Source: Lama glama (taxonomy: Eukaryota). From it: DNA of 64,000 nt. A model generated the notes under the pieces. The model was not told the DNA's origin and made no database searches. It worked only from the letters and a program-made list of their open reading frames with translations. Every line of letters starts with the position of its first letter. The first letter of the stretch is position 1. Below are positions 26,070 through 38,612 of this stretch, piece by piece. The translations under genes and the position numbers were made by a program. The DNA is taken from assembly GCA_028534125.1 (NCBI GenBank), contig CM052817.1, positions 96,226,001-96,290,000 on the forward strand. Reading direction: 5' to 3'.

Positions 26070-26415
26070 TTTTTATTTTAAGATAATTGTAGATTCACAT
26101 GCAGTTGTAAGAAATGCTGAAGAGCACACTCACAGCCTTAACCCAGCTTTCGCCAGTGGTAACATCTTGATAGTGTATCACAGTCAGGGAATTCATGTTG
26201 ATACAATTCACCCACCTTATTCAGATCTCACCAGTTTTACATGCGCTTGTGTCTGTATACATATGTGTGTGTGTGTGCACCTGCCCACGTACGTGTGGGG
26301 GGTGTTAACTGTATGCTATTTTGTTGCATGCATATATTCATGTTACCACCACCACAATCAAGATACAGAAAAGTTCTACCAGTACAATGATCTCCCATGC
26401 TACTCTTTCTCAATT
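26070..26415 (-). mobile_element. Old L1 (L1MC-like) 3' end
   Basis: ttttattttaagataattgtagattcacatgcagttgtaag ... accaccaccacaatcaagatacagaa. Confidence 0.8.
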
Positions 26416-27354
26416 CATTTTTAATATGTTTGCTACTTAGAAAAGAGAGAGAAAAATCTTTTTTTCTCTTTCCCTTGGGTGAAAGAAAGATCTGCCATGG
26501 GAAAAATTCTGAAATAACTTGGCATCTGACCTCTTCCCTTATGGTACACCTCCCCTACCTTCTGTGTTCGTATTTCCCCAGGGAAGTTTCCTCAGTTAAG
26601 TGACAGAAGAATAGTAGTTGATGAAACTAATTTATCCTTTGGTATGGATGACTCAAAGATCACTAACTCTGCCAGAAGAAGCTATAGTTTTAAAAAGAGG
26701 ATGCTTTGAAGCTCCAAATCATTTCTTCTGAGAGGAGTCTTTCGCAGTCTAACAAAGGGAAATGGAATAATTCATATAGTGTATGGCAGGATAATTTGGG
26801 AAAAAGGTTATTAAAAAAAAAAGGCCAACCTTGTCTTGAAATTCCATCTCATGCTATGATCCCTTAAGCAAATACTGATTGTTATAACCTCCTTTTTGGA
26901 GGTCTACTTCGGTACCTTCAGGTTTTCTAGAAGTTCACATGCTTTTCCTCAATGTTCTTTACGCCAGGGGCATGGAAGAGATAAAAATAGGGAAGAGGAG
27001 AGTGTGGAGCAGCAGATGTGAAAATCAGGCCTGTGTAAGTCACTGATACCTGAAAAAGTAACTACATGCTATTTTTACTCTCTCTTGTTACCGCTTTCTT
27101 TATAATGCTCAATCTTTAAACCACTGTATAATGCAAAGAATCCTTCCAGTACATCCCATTCGATCATTACATGTGACTGCGAGATAAAACTATGTGTATA
27201 CATTTATATACACATATATATATATTCTAGGTACATAATATATGTGTATTATATAGATATACCCCTGCTCTCAAAGACCTTACTATCTAAGGCAATAAGA
27301 CATACAGATGCAGAAATTACATAATGCTGCAATCCTGCATAAAGAGCTAACAGT

Positions 27355-27760
27355 TGTTTAACTCATTAGACAAATACTAGTGTCTTCCCTGGACCGAACC
27401 TTGTTCCAGGTGTTAATGAGACAGCAGTGAATAATGCACAATCCCTGCCCCCATGCAGTCTATGCTGCATTTAGGTGATGAGGAGAAAATGTGTAATTTG
27501 TAATAAATGAGTGAATTTCAGATAATCATAAGCACAATGAAAATACAACTGAGAAAGGCTTCATATAGAAAGAGAAACTCTATGTGCATTTTAAAGGAAT
27601 AATGGGATTGGGGCAGTACTGAGCGGAGCTTGAGCAGAGGATCAGAGGTGGGAATGAGTGATACAATGAGAAAAAAGCTTTCCCAGGGAACACAGAAGCA
27701 ACGATGACCGACAGAAAAGTTTGCTGTAAGGTTCATGCATAGAACGTCGTGTCTAGTAAC
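27355..27760 (-). mobile_element. L2 3' fragment
   Basis: gagacagcagtgaataatgcacaatccctgcccccatgcag and downstream purine-rich L2-like sequence. Confidence 0.65.
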
Positions 27761-27931
27761 ATGGACTAAGTAATCACAGTTTTAATTGATGGTATTACAT
27801 GGAAAAACTTCCCAGTGGCAATTCATCTGTTTGATTACAAAGAAAGAATTTGACCATTGTTTTGAAGGCAAGGCAGGTCCTTCACTTTCATACTTTATAT
27901 GCACATAAAAGGAGTCTTGTAGGGCTTTTTT

Positions 27932-28065
27932 ATTTTTGTTTTTGTTTGTTTGTTTTGGGGGGGAGGTAATAGGTTTTGTTTTTGTTTTAAATGGAAGTAC
28001 TGGGGATGGAATCCAGGACCTCGCGCATGCTGAGCATGCACTCTACACTGAGCTATACCCACCCC
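27932..28065 (-). mobile_element. Vic-1-type SINE with ~17-bp TSD
   Basis: Reverse complement ggggtgggtatagctcagtgtagagtgcatgctcagcatgcgcgaggtcctggattccatcccc; TSD tcttg(t/c)agggctttttt at 27915-27931 and 28066-28082. Confidence 0.9.
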
Positions 28066-28669
28066 TCTTGCAGGGCTTTTTTAATTCATAGTTTTGGTCT
28101 GTCTACTTTCTAGGCAGCTCGAGGTGTTTGGTTCTAATATGACACATCAAAGATGGTGTGGTTGGCTGCCTTGTTTCCTATTATTCCAAGTTTCCAAAGT
28201 TCTATGCAGAGTTGCTCCCATGTCTAGGGAAAGGAGAGGAAGTATTTTTTCTTTCTCCGTCTGGCACAGTACAGAGCATCCATAACTCAAACTAATACAG
28301 ATCAGTGACATGAAGTTTCAGTGGGTCTCTGTGCTCTGGCTGGGGACCCTAACTGCTATTGTTTCTGTAGGAAAATAAATTCATAGAAAGTATTATATAA
28401 AACAAGTTCTAGCATTAGTGCATCTGAGATGGCAATTCTGTAATTTTGCAAAAATTTCAGTAAACTCTAATTCTCTTTTTATTCCATATTTTGGGTATTT
28501 TTTTTTCTATATACATTCCTTTTTATACTGACAGCTTCCGCTCACTGCTCTCTTCCTTAGTTAACTCAGCATAGGGACTCCTGCTCTGAGGGCACAGACC
28601 AGGCTTCGGAAGGGCCTTATGGGATAATTGATCAAATCTCCCTCTGGGCGTTCAAAGTTTCTCCAAATA

Positions 28670-28850
28670 TCACAGGCTTCTGAGTCAGGCAGGTTTAGTA
28701 CTGGGCTGAGTGACATGTGTCAAGAGACTTAATGTCTGTGAGTTCATTTTCTCAGGTGTAAAATGGAAACGAATAAAGTCTACCTTGAAAAGATTTTATA
28801 AGGTTCCTGAGATGAGGTGTTTAAAAGTACCTACAAAGGATTTGAATGAA
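28670..28850 (+). mobile_element. MIR SINE
   Basis: caggcttctgagtcaggcag ... cttaatgtctgtgagttcattttctcaggtgtaaaatgg. Confidence 0.65.
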
Positions 28851-28882
28851 ACTGCTTATTTCTCCCAAGTGCTTATCTAACC

Positions 28883-29070
28883 TAGTGGTTCTCAAATGGG
28901 GGCAAGTTTGCCCCCTGGGGGATACGTGGCAGTGTCTGGAGACGTTCTGGGTTGCCATAATTGGGAGAAGCCAGGTATGCTGCTCAACACCTTGCAATTT
29001 ACACGACATCCCCCTATAACAAAGAACGGTCCAGCTCCGAATGTCAGTAGTGTGCTGTTGAGAAAGCCTC
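28883..29070 (+). mobile_element. MER20 (hAT-Charlie) element with a small internal deletion
   Basis: agtggttctcaaatggggg...tttgccccctggggg...tgtctggagac ... gttgagaaagcctc; partial 8-bp TSD atctaacc/atctggct. Confidence 0.88.
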
Positions 29071-30379
29071 ATCTGGCTTTTGCTTGAACAGTTTTCCTGA
29101 TGGGAAACTATCCCCTCGTGAGACTAGCCACTCAATCATTGGGGAGTTACGTGAATAAAACTACTGGTTAAGTTAAAGCAAGATCTGCAACTCTGCCTGC
29201 TTGCTAAGGTTGTGCTGTGTGGGACAGTACAGGGTAAGTGCATCCCTCCTCCACGTGTCGGGTCTTTCAATACTGAGAGATAGCTGTGTTCCCTCCTCAA
29301 AGCCTCCAATTTTATAGAGGCGTCCAGGACACTCTGAAACAAGTGAGGATGAAACTGCAACAGTTTTGCTACATTGGAACATTTTCTTTCTAATTTTGTC
29401 TATAAGTCTGAGAGTTCTAGAGGAGTTTAAATAAACCGACCTGGACCAGAATACATCTGTAAAACGATAAAAGGGTATCCATCGGACTTGTCTGTAAATA
29501 AGAAGTTATGAACCTATTGCCTAGGGTCTGTTTTTTGTCTCTTTCTTCCTTGCCCATCATAAAAAAGGCAGCAGAGGTAACATTTTGTGATACATCCCCT
29601 ATACGAACCTCAAATCGTGCCATTTCATAACAAAAGTTCAGCACTGCACTCAATATGGTGCATTACTTCGAGGAGAAAAAGGCAACAATACCAGATTTAT
29701 TCTTGTGCAATAAGAAGCACAGAAATAAAAAAATCAAGTTTGCCATCTTGAGCTTGAAATCATTGTCAAATCTTATCGGAAATACATTTATTCTGATTTC
29801 TGGCAATCTAACCCCCTTTAGCCATTTCACAGTTGGTGAGCAGAAAGGATGTTTCTGCCTCATTTGCAGTGTCTGAACATGATTCAGACAATCAACTGCA
29901 ACATTAGTCAAAGATATCAGTGGCTAATGATTTCTGACAAGCACTGCAGTAGCAGGCTGAGGACCAGACCGGGCAGCAACAGCATTCAGAGCATTTTCCT
30001 AGAGCTGGCAATAGGCAGTGGGGGAAGACGATAAAAACGGAGGTAAACAGAACTGGTGTCACATCACTTAAAGGCTCTTACATACTCTCTGCAAAGGCAT
30101 GGTATCTGACATGCAATAAATACAGTGATCTTTTTCTACAAATATGTTATGTTGAATGAACACTGAGGACCATCAAGTGTGCAGCTCTGTAAACTATAAC
30201 ACACAAAAGTAGTTTAATATTTTGCATTCTGCTCAACTATAGCCTTAAGTTAAGAGCAGTCTAAACCTTACTATTTATATTGATCATTTGGACTGTGTAC
30301 CCTTTTTCCCTGAAATGCATTACTCATCACTTGGACTGTTACACACAGACTGTTTACATCACCTAGCACATAAAGTGAT

Positions 30380-30565
30380 GGCTGTATGGTCCAGGGTGGA
30401 AAGGACTGAGTGTTAAAAGACATGTGTTTTGGCTTCTCTTCTGCCATGAACTCAGAGTGGACCTTGGACAGGTCACTTGGTTACCCTGACCTTCAGTTTC
30501 CAAGTATGAAAGATAACAGGGCAGGACCAGAGATCTAGAATTCTCCCTTCCAAAAATATGATTTT
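30380..30565 (+). mobile_element. MIR/MIR3 fragment
   Basis: tggaccttggacaggtcacttggttaccctgaccttcagtttcc. Confidence 0.65.
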
Positions 30566-30605
30566 GATTTTAGACTCTACATTTCCATATTTAGTAATTT
30601 AAGAT

Positions 30606-30954
30606 TAAAAAAAAAAAGAAAAGAAAAAAAGAAGACACTAGTGAACTTACCTACAAAACAGAAACAGACTCACAGACACAGTAAACAAACTTACGATTAC
30701 CCAGGGGGGAAAGGGGGTGAGAAGGGAGAAATTGGGAGTTCGAGATATGCAAATACTAACTACTATGTATACAATAGATTAAAAAAATTTCTTCTGTATA
30801 GCACAAAGAACTATACTCAATATCTTGTAGTAACCTATAATGAAAAAGGATATGAAAACAATCATCTGTATGTATATGAATGACTGAAACATTTTGCTGT
30901 ACACCAGAAACTGACACATTTTAACTGACTATACTTCAATTAAAATAAAAAAAA
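30606..30954 (+). mobile_element. Younger L1 3' UTR fragment
   Basis: acaaaacagaaacagactcacagac ... gctgtacaccagaaactgacac...actgactatacttcaatt plus A-tail. Confidence 0.9.
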
Positions 30955-31343
30955 TGCCCTAATTGTTTTCAATAATTTATCTTTGGATTTAAAATCTCTG
31001 ACAAATTTATTTTATGTTAAAATTTTTTTTATAAAAGAGAAACAAATGATGTCATTTGACTCAGGTGAAAATTTATTTTCATGGTTCCTCCTCATTTGAA
31101 AAATCTTGAACATTCTAAAGGATCTGCTTTCAAAAAATGTCCCTACCATGGTATTGGTGATAGCAAGGAGAGCTAAATCTAAGAAGCTTTTGATTCGTTT
31201 TAAATAGCAATTGTTACGAATGCCCTGATCAGTGCATCAGCGCTCTTCAAACACAGCAAACATTTTTACAGTCTGAAATTTTTAAAAAATTTGATGAAAT
31301 TTCAAAATTATCCTTAAATTTATAAACTGAATTAGAATTGATA

Positions 31344-32868
31344 GTTAACCTCTCACATGCTAGAAGTCTATACTGTATTTTCAAAAGGTGTAAGGATAGA
31401 AATGCCTCTCAAAAAATTTCCATTCACCCAAAACTCTCTACATATCCAATGTACAGATGTCTCTCAAACTCCAAAATAATGAAATAGAATTCCACTGACA
31501 GTTAAAAGTTTCCTCAGGAGTAAATTGGGACATATTGCTTAAAACTGCCATTTTCTAAATTGGTCATTATAGTTGTGCACTATTTTAACAAGAGACATAT
31601 TTGTGAAGGATTTTTATTCTAATTCTCAATTATTACTTTCTATACTATAAATCAGAAATCACAGAAATATTAACCCTGTACAGCCCAATCATAGTGTAAG
31701 TTATATTTACAGCTCCACGAAAAGAAAATTTCTCTGCCTTTAATCTCCTGCTATAGAATTTCACAGGAGGATTTGCTTTATATTTCGCTAGAAGGCCCTT
31801 GACCAAAGGTAGTCCAGTAATCTATGAGATGGCCTGACATAAAAAGTCCTATTCAATGGCAGAGTATAGTGATTAGTTAGTTCAATCATGTTCCCTTAGG
31901 AAATTCAGACCCATTGAGTGGTTGGTGATGGTGGATATGCGTGATCAAGTCATGTCAACAGAGTGGGCAAGACGGATGTCCGCTGTGGAGGAGACAGAGG
32001 AAAACAGCCCCTCATCTCCCAGGGCTCCTCCAGTTCCCAGGAGTCATTCAGTCCAAGAGGGGCAACTGCATGCTGGTCCTGTGTATTCACAGGCTATGAG
32101 CTCATTCATGGCCATAGGAATCGCCACAATACATCCCCTTAACCTGAGGTCATCGGGATGAATCCTTTTCTTGCACCCAAAGAGTATAACTGAGGAGCAC
32201 AGAGGAATGAAAGGCTTCTCCAGAACTAAAGTGGCAAGTAAATAACTTCAAGCCTTTTCTCCTTCCATGTTTATTAGTGAGAGCCAATTCAGGTGGATTC
32301 TGTCCACGGCGATAGGCCAGTAGGCACAGGTGGTATCTAATGATTAGAGCTTTCATTGACGCAAAAGGGAAAAAAGTTTGCATATTTTTTAAACTAAAAA
32401 AGTCTGAAATTCCACTTGGTTATGTTTATATGAGGATGAAAAGTGAGTGTGACGGATGATTCCATGACACTTGTGATAACATGACCAGTAATTTCAGTTC
32501 TCTGTTCTCTATGGAGACTAAAGATGGTGGTGGCAAACTGAATCAAATGAAATGCCAGTCAAATTGAATTTGACCAAACACATACCATCATTCACTTTGC
32601 CCATGTAGAAAAGGCAACATGGATATCTTGCTGGAATGTGCAGGACTCTGGGAACATCACTCCGGCCACATAAACCTTTCACTGTCAGGAATGACCTCAG
32701 TTCACTCCACCTCCACATCCATCTGCCTGCATGGCTCTTTATTTCACACCTGGTTCTTCCAGTGCATGTTAACCTCTCACATGCTAGAAGTCTACACTGT
32801 ATTTTCAAAAGGTGTAAGGATAGAAATGCCTCTCAAAAAATTTCCATTCACCCAAAACTCTCTACCTA

Positions 32869-32870
<2 letters not shown>
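31344..32870. repeat. Dispersed 103-bp direct repeat (31344-31446 and 32768-32870), 2 mismatches
   Basis: gttaacctctcacatgctagaag...cccaaaactctctac(a/c)tatc occurs twice, offset by 1424 bp. Confidence 0.97.
31830..32195 (+). mobile_element. Possible very old MaLR (MLT1K/L-like) LTR
   Basis: 3' end ttttcttgcacccaaagagtataactga resembles old MLT1 termini; the remainder is highly degenerate. Confidence 0.35.
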
Positions 32871-32916
<46 letters not shown>

Positions 32917-33090
32917 CTTTGTGCTGTTCCAGTGCTTATCAAAGCATCATATATATCTACCTATATAATAGTTATCTCTTTCCAATTAGATCTAAGTGCC
33001 ACTGGATCAGGAACCATATCTATTTTGCTCTTCATTGTATCCCTAGCTCTTAGTCTTATGCTAACATAGAATAGTGCTAAATGAATAGAG
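32640..33090 (+). mobile_element. L2 3' part, interrupted by the 103-bp duplicate and (AC)n
   Basis: L2-type tail attagatctaagtgccactggatcaggaaccatatct...ttgtatccctagc...gtgctaaatgaata. Confidence 0.65.
32871..32914. repeat. (AC)22 microsatellite
   Basis: Direct reading. Confidence 0.97.
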
Positions 33091-36000
33091 TAGAGCCCTT
33101 GGAAGGTGCTGGTGGTGGCATATCTGCCGAAACATTAATGTGGATATAATGAGCTGCTGTATTCTATAATATTACATACAACAATTTACTTGGCTTAAAG
33201 AAAAATAAGCTCATACACTAAGTATTACATAATATTAATATATGTTATACAGATGTTAGAGCTTATTATATATTAATTATATTATATGATATACTGTTTT
33301 GCATTATATCTCACTCAAGGAGGAAAAAATATGGCACGTTATCACTGTGGTAATGGAAAGTATGTGAAAATTTTCAGTAAACAGCCAATCCTGGAGAGTT
33401 CAAGTATAGCAAACAAGCCTAAAGGAGGACTTAAATGACATTTTAAAATGACATCAGAACCCCTACCTATCTCAATGTGTGCCTGTTTCATCCAGTCACA
33501 CTGCCAAATAAATAGGTTTCTCCCATTATGAGCCCTTGTGAGGACAGATGGATCAGAGGCTGAAATTATGCTCGATTCATCATGGTATCTTGAGGAATAA
33601 TTCTTCCGGTCTGTGGAAGAAATATAAAATATTTTTTTCTCTTTCTTTTAATCTAGAATGACATTTCCACCTTCACGAGCAGCAAGTTAAGACAGAGAGG
33701 TATGTGGTAAAAAGTCACCAGCTTGGTGACAAACCAAGTTCTTTATCTCCCCCCGAAAGTGACCACTTCCAAGCCTACTTCATTTGACCATTTTGCACAA
33801 AATGGTTTCTGGCTCTGCAGGCAAGGGTCAAGGAGTGTTCTATATTAGTGAGTAATTATCTAGGAGGTTTTAATAAACACTAATACGGTGAAAATTTCTA
33901 TATTTCTCCATGAACCAATTACCACCGGGAGATTTGTCTTTTCCCTGGCGGTAAAGCCATCCTCTATTCATAATCCCTCTTCCTAGATTTCTTCCTCATT
34001 TAAGGCAGGATTCAATAAAATTTCATTTTGGTTCCCCCTTCTCAGAAATCCATAAAAGCCCTGAAAAACGTTTTGAGCATATTGTCTCTGTACAATTTGA
34101 TATCCTTTCCACCACAGGCCATTAATCTGGTAAACTCGGTAAACCCTAATTTAGATCCACGATGTAATTCTTTCATATCAGGCTGTGTGAACACGTTTCT
34201 TTAAAATAAAACATGGTAGGAAAGTCTTCTGCTGAATGCCTGCACACAGAGGAAGCTTCATCTATTACCCTTTCACCGTGATAGAAGAGACAAGAAAACA
34301 ATTTATGAGTCATTTCCATTCTGACAGATGTGACAATGACTGAAAATGCGATGCCTGCCAAGAGCTTTTATCAAGTAGGTTATAACAACGCGTAGTAAGT
34401 GTAAATAATAAATGGCTGGAATCTTAGGGGAAACGGTGGCAATATGAAACGCTTTTTGGTCCTTCTGAGGGGGCTCTGCTACTCTTAGAATTCCCTGCCT
34501 CCCCAGTAGAGTTTTGGCCTGACAATAAACAACAGTTTAGTACTTTATCTAATCCCAGCGAGGAGGTGAGCTCAACAGCAAGCTTCTGCAGATGTTCACA
34601 TCCAATAATCTATCCATAATTGATGGAACAGGGAGGTCAGATGTAATGGCTGCTACTATTCCAGCAACAAATAAATGGTTATTGACAAAACAAGCCAGTG
34701 TGGTGCAGAGCGCTCAGCAGTGACAGGCGGGCGATGGTGCTGAGCAGAGGCAGGGAGGATGACATGGATTCCTCAGCGAGCCGCGTGGCAGGAGGGCCAC
34801 GCTGACACACGAGCAGATGGAGGTGACTTGGAAAGGAAAAGGGAGGTTGCTGAAGTACAAAAAAAAAAGAAGAAGACAGATCAAGGCGGAGAAGAAAAGG
34901 ATGCATGAGCCCTGGGCAAGGCTGGGGACCCAGGTAAGTACAGATGCATGCGGTTCATGCCTTTGAATGCATGCGCTGTGATGCAGACCTCGGGCTGCTT
35001 TCATTGCCGGCGTGTCTGAGCTCACGTAGCTGGCTGTCATGCTGTGCAGCCCAGGTGACTCTACCACCAAAAGTGGATGCATGGGATGCTTTGGTGCCCA
35101 GATCCTCCCACTGAGGGACATTCACTGATATTCCTATGTACACTGCAGATACCAGGTTTTTCCTCTGTATATTGAAAAAAAATCTAGAAAAGCACGTATG
35201 CAATTTTAACAATATATTCAAATAAGCCACAGATGTGAAAATTGTGCAGTGAGAAAATTTCTCAAGACTGGGACTAATCCTGAAATAAATGCTGCTTAAA
35301 ATCAAATGTACTGCAAAGGAATGTGAGTGGAAAAGTTTTCTTCAAAAATAAAAACCAAACATGGCACTTGATTCACCTTAACCTAGGCAAAGAGTATAAT
35401 AAAAGCATTAATAGAGTATACTTTTATCGACTGAATAAAATTCAAGATATTTAAACATAAATAAACAGCTGAAATCCTACACTTCTATTCCAGAGCTAAG
35501 AAATAATATTTTTACACTGTTTACTATGTAATATTATAAAATGAAGAATGGTAGAATGAAATGGTAGTTATTATCACTATAGGTAGTCATAAAGAGGCTT
35601 GGGACAGAGATGTTTTAAATATTAATATTCCTAAAATCACTTAAATCAATTTAACACTCTTTAGTGGTTTATTTAGAAGTGTGATTTATTTTATACTTCA
35701 CAACCAATGCCTTTGATCAGCTCTGAAATAACACATGAGCTGAAAATAAAATGGCAAAACAAATTGCTGCTAACATTCTTATAGTAAGCTTTAGGCTTTA
35801 CAGGATAAACCAGAAAATTACCAGTAGATTTGGCATTTTCAAATTATTTATCAACTTAGAAATGGAGAATTATAGAGCCCCAAGATCATTTTTGTACTAA
35901 TGTGCTAGTCGTTCTGCTTTCTGAGCCCTGCTGTCCTCCCTGCTGGGGCCCCCCCAGTGAGCAACTTTGAACTCTCCCAGTCCCAGTCCCCACCCCGTCC

Positions 36001-36319
36001 CTGGTCTACCAGGGCACGAGCCTGTTATCACATCAGTTTGCCACTGATCACATTCTGATCTTAACCTTTGTGGAAAGTGCCCAGGCTCTTGCCATGTGCC
36101 TTGAGACCAAGCCCCCAGCATATGTCCCAGCCCTTGGAGCTGCATCTCTGTCTTGTTTTTCTTGTTTGCATCTCTGTCTTGGTACCTGGTCAGGTCCCTA
36201 CTTAACTGAAAGTTGGGAGACCTACCTTGATGCCATCAACATGCTTCTATCAGAAGTTCCACTCCTGAACCCCAGTCCCTGTGGCTTGGTGCCTTGTCAC
36301 TTGCCAATGGTGGTCACTC

Positions 36320-36560
36320 CCATTAATTGGGCAAAAACTACATGTGTGGAGTGTTTTATATTCTTGGTACATTTAATCTTCTCAGAGCCCTTGGAGGTAA
36401 ATATTAATACTCCCATGGTACAAATGAGAAACAGGTGCAGGGAGGTTGAGGAACTAACTCTCTCTAGTACATGCCGTCCTAGAGTTGGGGGAGGAGAAAG
36501 AATTTGAACTGAGTTTATTGGACTTTGAATCCTGCTTATTTTCGTCTTAAGCACTGTGAT
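36320..36560 (-). mobile_element. MIR SINE
   Basis: catttaatcttctcagagcccttggaggtaaatattaatactcccatggtacaaatgagaaac. Confidence 0.7.
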
Positions 36561-36814
36561 ATGCCTGCTGCCGGGTAACCCTGAGTGTGACTGCGCTGAC
36601 CTAGCTTCACCTACAGCTTACTGACTCTTGGCGTCATTCCCAGAAGCTACTCTGCACTCACCTGCAGGGGTACCCACTGTCCAGTGTCCCTAGACGTAGT
36701 GTTCTAGACGTTAACCTCATGCTTGCCTGGTTACAGCTTTGCCTGTTACCAGTTGCTATTTTTTCATCACATGGCCTAATTATAATCACTGATAATAGTT
36801 AATAGAAAATATTT

Positions 36815-37395
36815 CTTACGTCATTTCCTCTGCTTGTATGACTCCCTTTTTCAAACAGACAAAAAACACATCACTTTATAATGGCCTCCTAGACCATCCA
36901 TGATGTTGTCTCTCTGACTTCAGCTCCTGTACTCTGCTCCCCTTTTGCTTCTCCTCCGCCCCCCTGGCCCCAAGCCTCCTGGGCATGTTGCTGCCTTGGG
37001 GCTTTGGTCCTGACCATCACGCCTGCTTGGAGCGAACTTCCCTCCCCTGCCTAGCTGACTGTCTCATTTGCTTCCGGTCTTTCCGCAAATGCCAGCTTCT
37101 CAATTAGGCCTTCTCGTCGTCTATTTGAAATTTCTCCCGCCTACCACTTGCTTTGGCCCTCCTGAATCAGTCCTTTAGCTTTTTCCTTCTTTTCTACAGT
37201 GCTTATTATTGTCTAACAATCAACTGTTTGTCATAACTCAGTTGTTCATTATGTTTAATCTTCATTGTCTATCTTTCTTCAATAGGATGGAAGTGCCATG
37301 AGGACAAAGATCTTTGTTTCGCTATTGATGTATTCCCATTGTCTAGAGCAGGGTTTGGCAACAGATTCTCTAAAACTATTTGTTGGATGAGTAAG
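36815..37395 (+). mobile_element. L2 3' portion
   Basis: gggctttggtcctgacc...cctgcttggagc ... gccatgaggacaaagatctttg...tctagagcagggtttggca...tatttgttggatgag. Confidence 0.8.
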
Positions 37396-37409
37396 TTATA
37401 GATTGCTCT

Positions 37410-37600
37410 TAAGACTATACGTATTAACTAATTTAATCTTCCCAACACCAGCAGATAGGCATTATTATTATCCTTACCTTTTTTCAAAGGTGAGGCAACT
37501 GAAGCATATAGAATGAAGCCTCTGGACCAAGGTCATACAAGTGGTAAGTGATCAAGGAAAGACTTAGACCCAGGCCATCTGATTTCAGTGATGGCACTAT
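37410..37600 (-). mobile_element. MIR SINE
   Basis: atttaatcttcccaac ... gaggcaactgaagca ... ccaaggtcataca. Confidence 0.75.
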
Positions 37601-38369
37601 TACCTGGCCCTCTCTCCCTGCTCAGTGCCATGATGCTGCCTGACAGTGCCATCATGCAGGCCAGCCTCCAATTTCTGGCTCCTTTTGGTACCACCTACCC
37701 TATTGTCAACCAAGATTATAATGGCGTCCTACAACAATGTCGTTAAGGAAACTTAACAAGGTTTAATGACTTGTCCAAGACCAAAAAACCTGTTGATAAA
37801 ACCACAACTAGAACTCAGGATGTCTGACTCCCCTTTTGGTGGTCTTTCTGGCACAAATCCGATTTTGAAGATTGGAATGATTGCCTGGACAGTACTTTTC
37901 CATTCCCATATAATCTATTATAATACACAGGTAAAAAGTAATTTTTGCTTTGAAAACTTGTGACAGATATTAATAATAATTATTTATGTACCATTTTAAA
38001 AGGAAAATGTTTATTTTGTTAATATCTGTGATATTATAGATGTAAAATGAACATCATAAACAGTCACTCTGCTGTAAGCTAATATAAGCTCATAGGGAAA
38101 ATGAATATGTTTAATTAAATTTAGGAAAAATGTATAGTTAAATCATTTGCAGTACAATAATAAGGACCAATAAACCATTCCATTGGAATTTTCATCTACG
38201 TGCTCTATTAATAAATACCATCTTCATTTTACAAAGCAGGATGCTAAGAGATTTGTCTATGACCTGGGAAGTCAGCGGTGCCAGTAAGAATAACAATCCT
38301 TGCAATAACCCAGAAAATCATACTTTTACTATTCTGTAATATTCTGCAGTGTTTATGGCGGGAGTGAAG

Positions 38370-38612
38370 GATGCCAGACATAGTTCTAAGTACTTTCCAC
38401 ATGTTAACCCATTTAACCTTCACAACCACCTTGTGGGTACCTATTAGTACCTAACTGATATTAACGTAATCCTTATGCTGCAGGTAAGCAACGGAGGCAC
38501 AAGAGAGGTTAAGTAATTCACCCAAGGTCACAGAATTAGAAGTGGCAGGACCAGGATTTGGAATCAGGTAATGTAACTCTAGGGGCCATGCTCTTAACCA
38601 CTACATCACACT
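38370..38612 (-). mobile_element. MIR SINE
   Basis: tgccagacatagttctaagtacttt ... gaggttaagtaattcacccaaggtcacag ... catgctcttaaccactac. Confidence 0.88.

Noticed and set aside
25651..26424. 257-aa plus-strand ORF, the longest N-free ORF
   Set aside because: Starts at TTG, has no recognisable domain, and its 3' half is the antisense of an old L1 3' end including a TG-rich tract; a chance ORF.
32619..33053. ORFs with His-Thr repeats
   Set aside because: Translation of the (AC)22 microsatellite and L2 sequence.
34700..35030. CpG island or promoter
   Set aside because: Short and only modestly CpG-rich by eye; kept only as part of the enhancer candidate.
34679..35305. Overlapping minus-strand ORFs (75-135 aa) as an extra exon or nested gene
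   Set aside because: No protein similarity recognised, and the flanking TTC29 exons already join in phase; higher GC explains the open frames.
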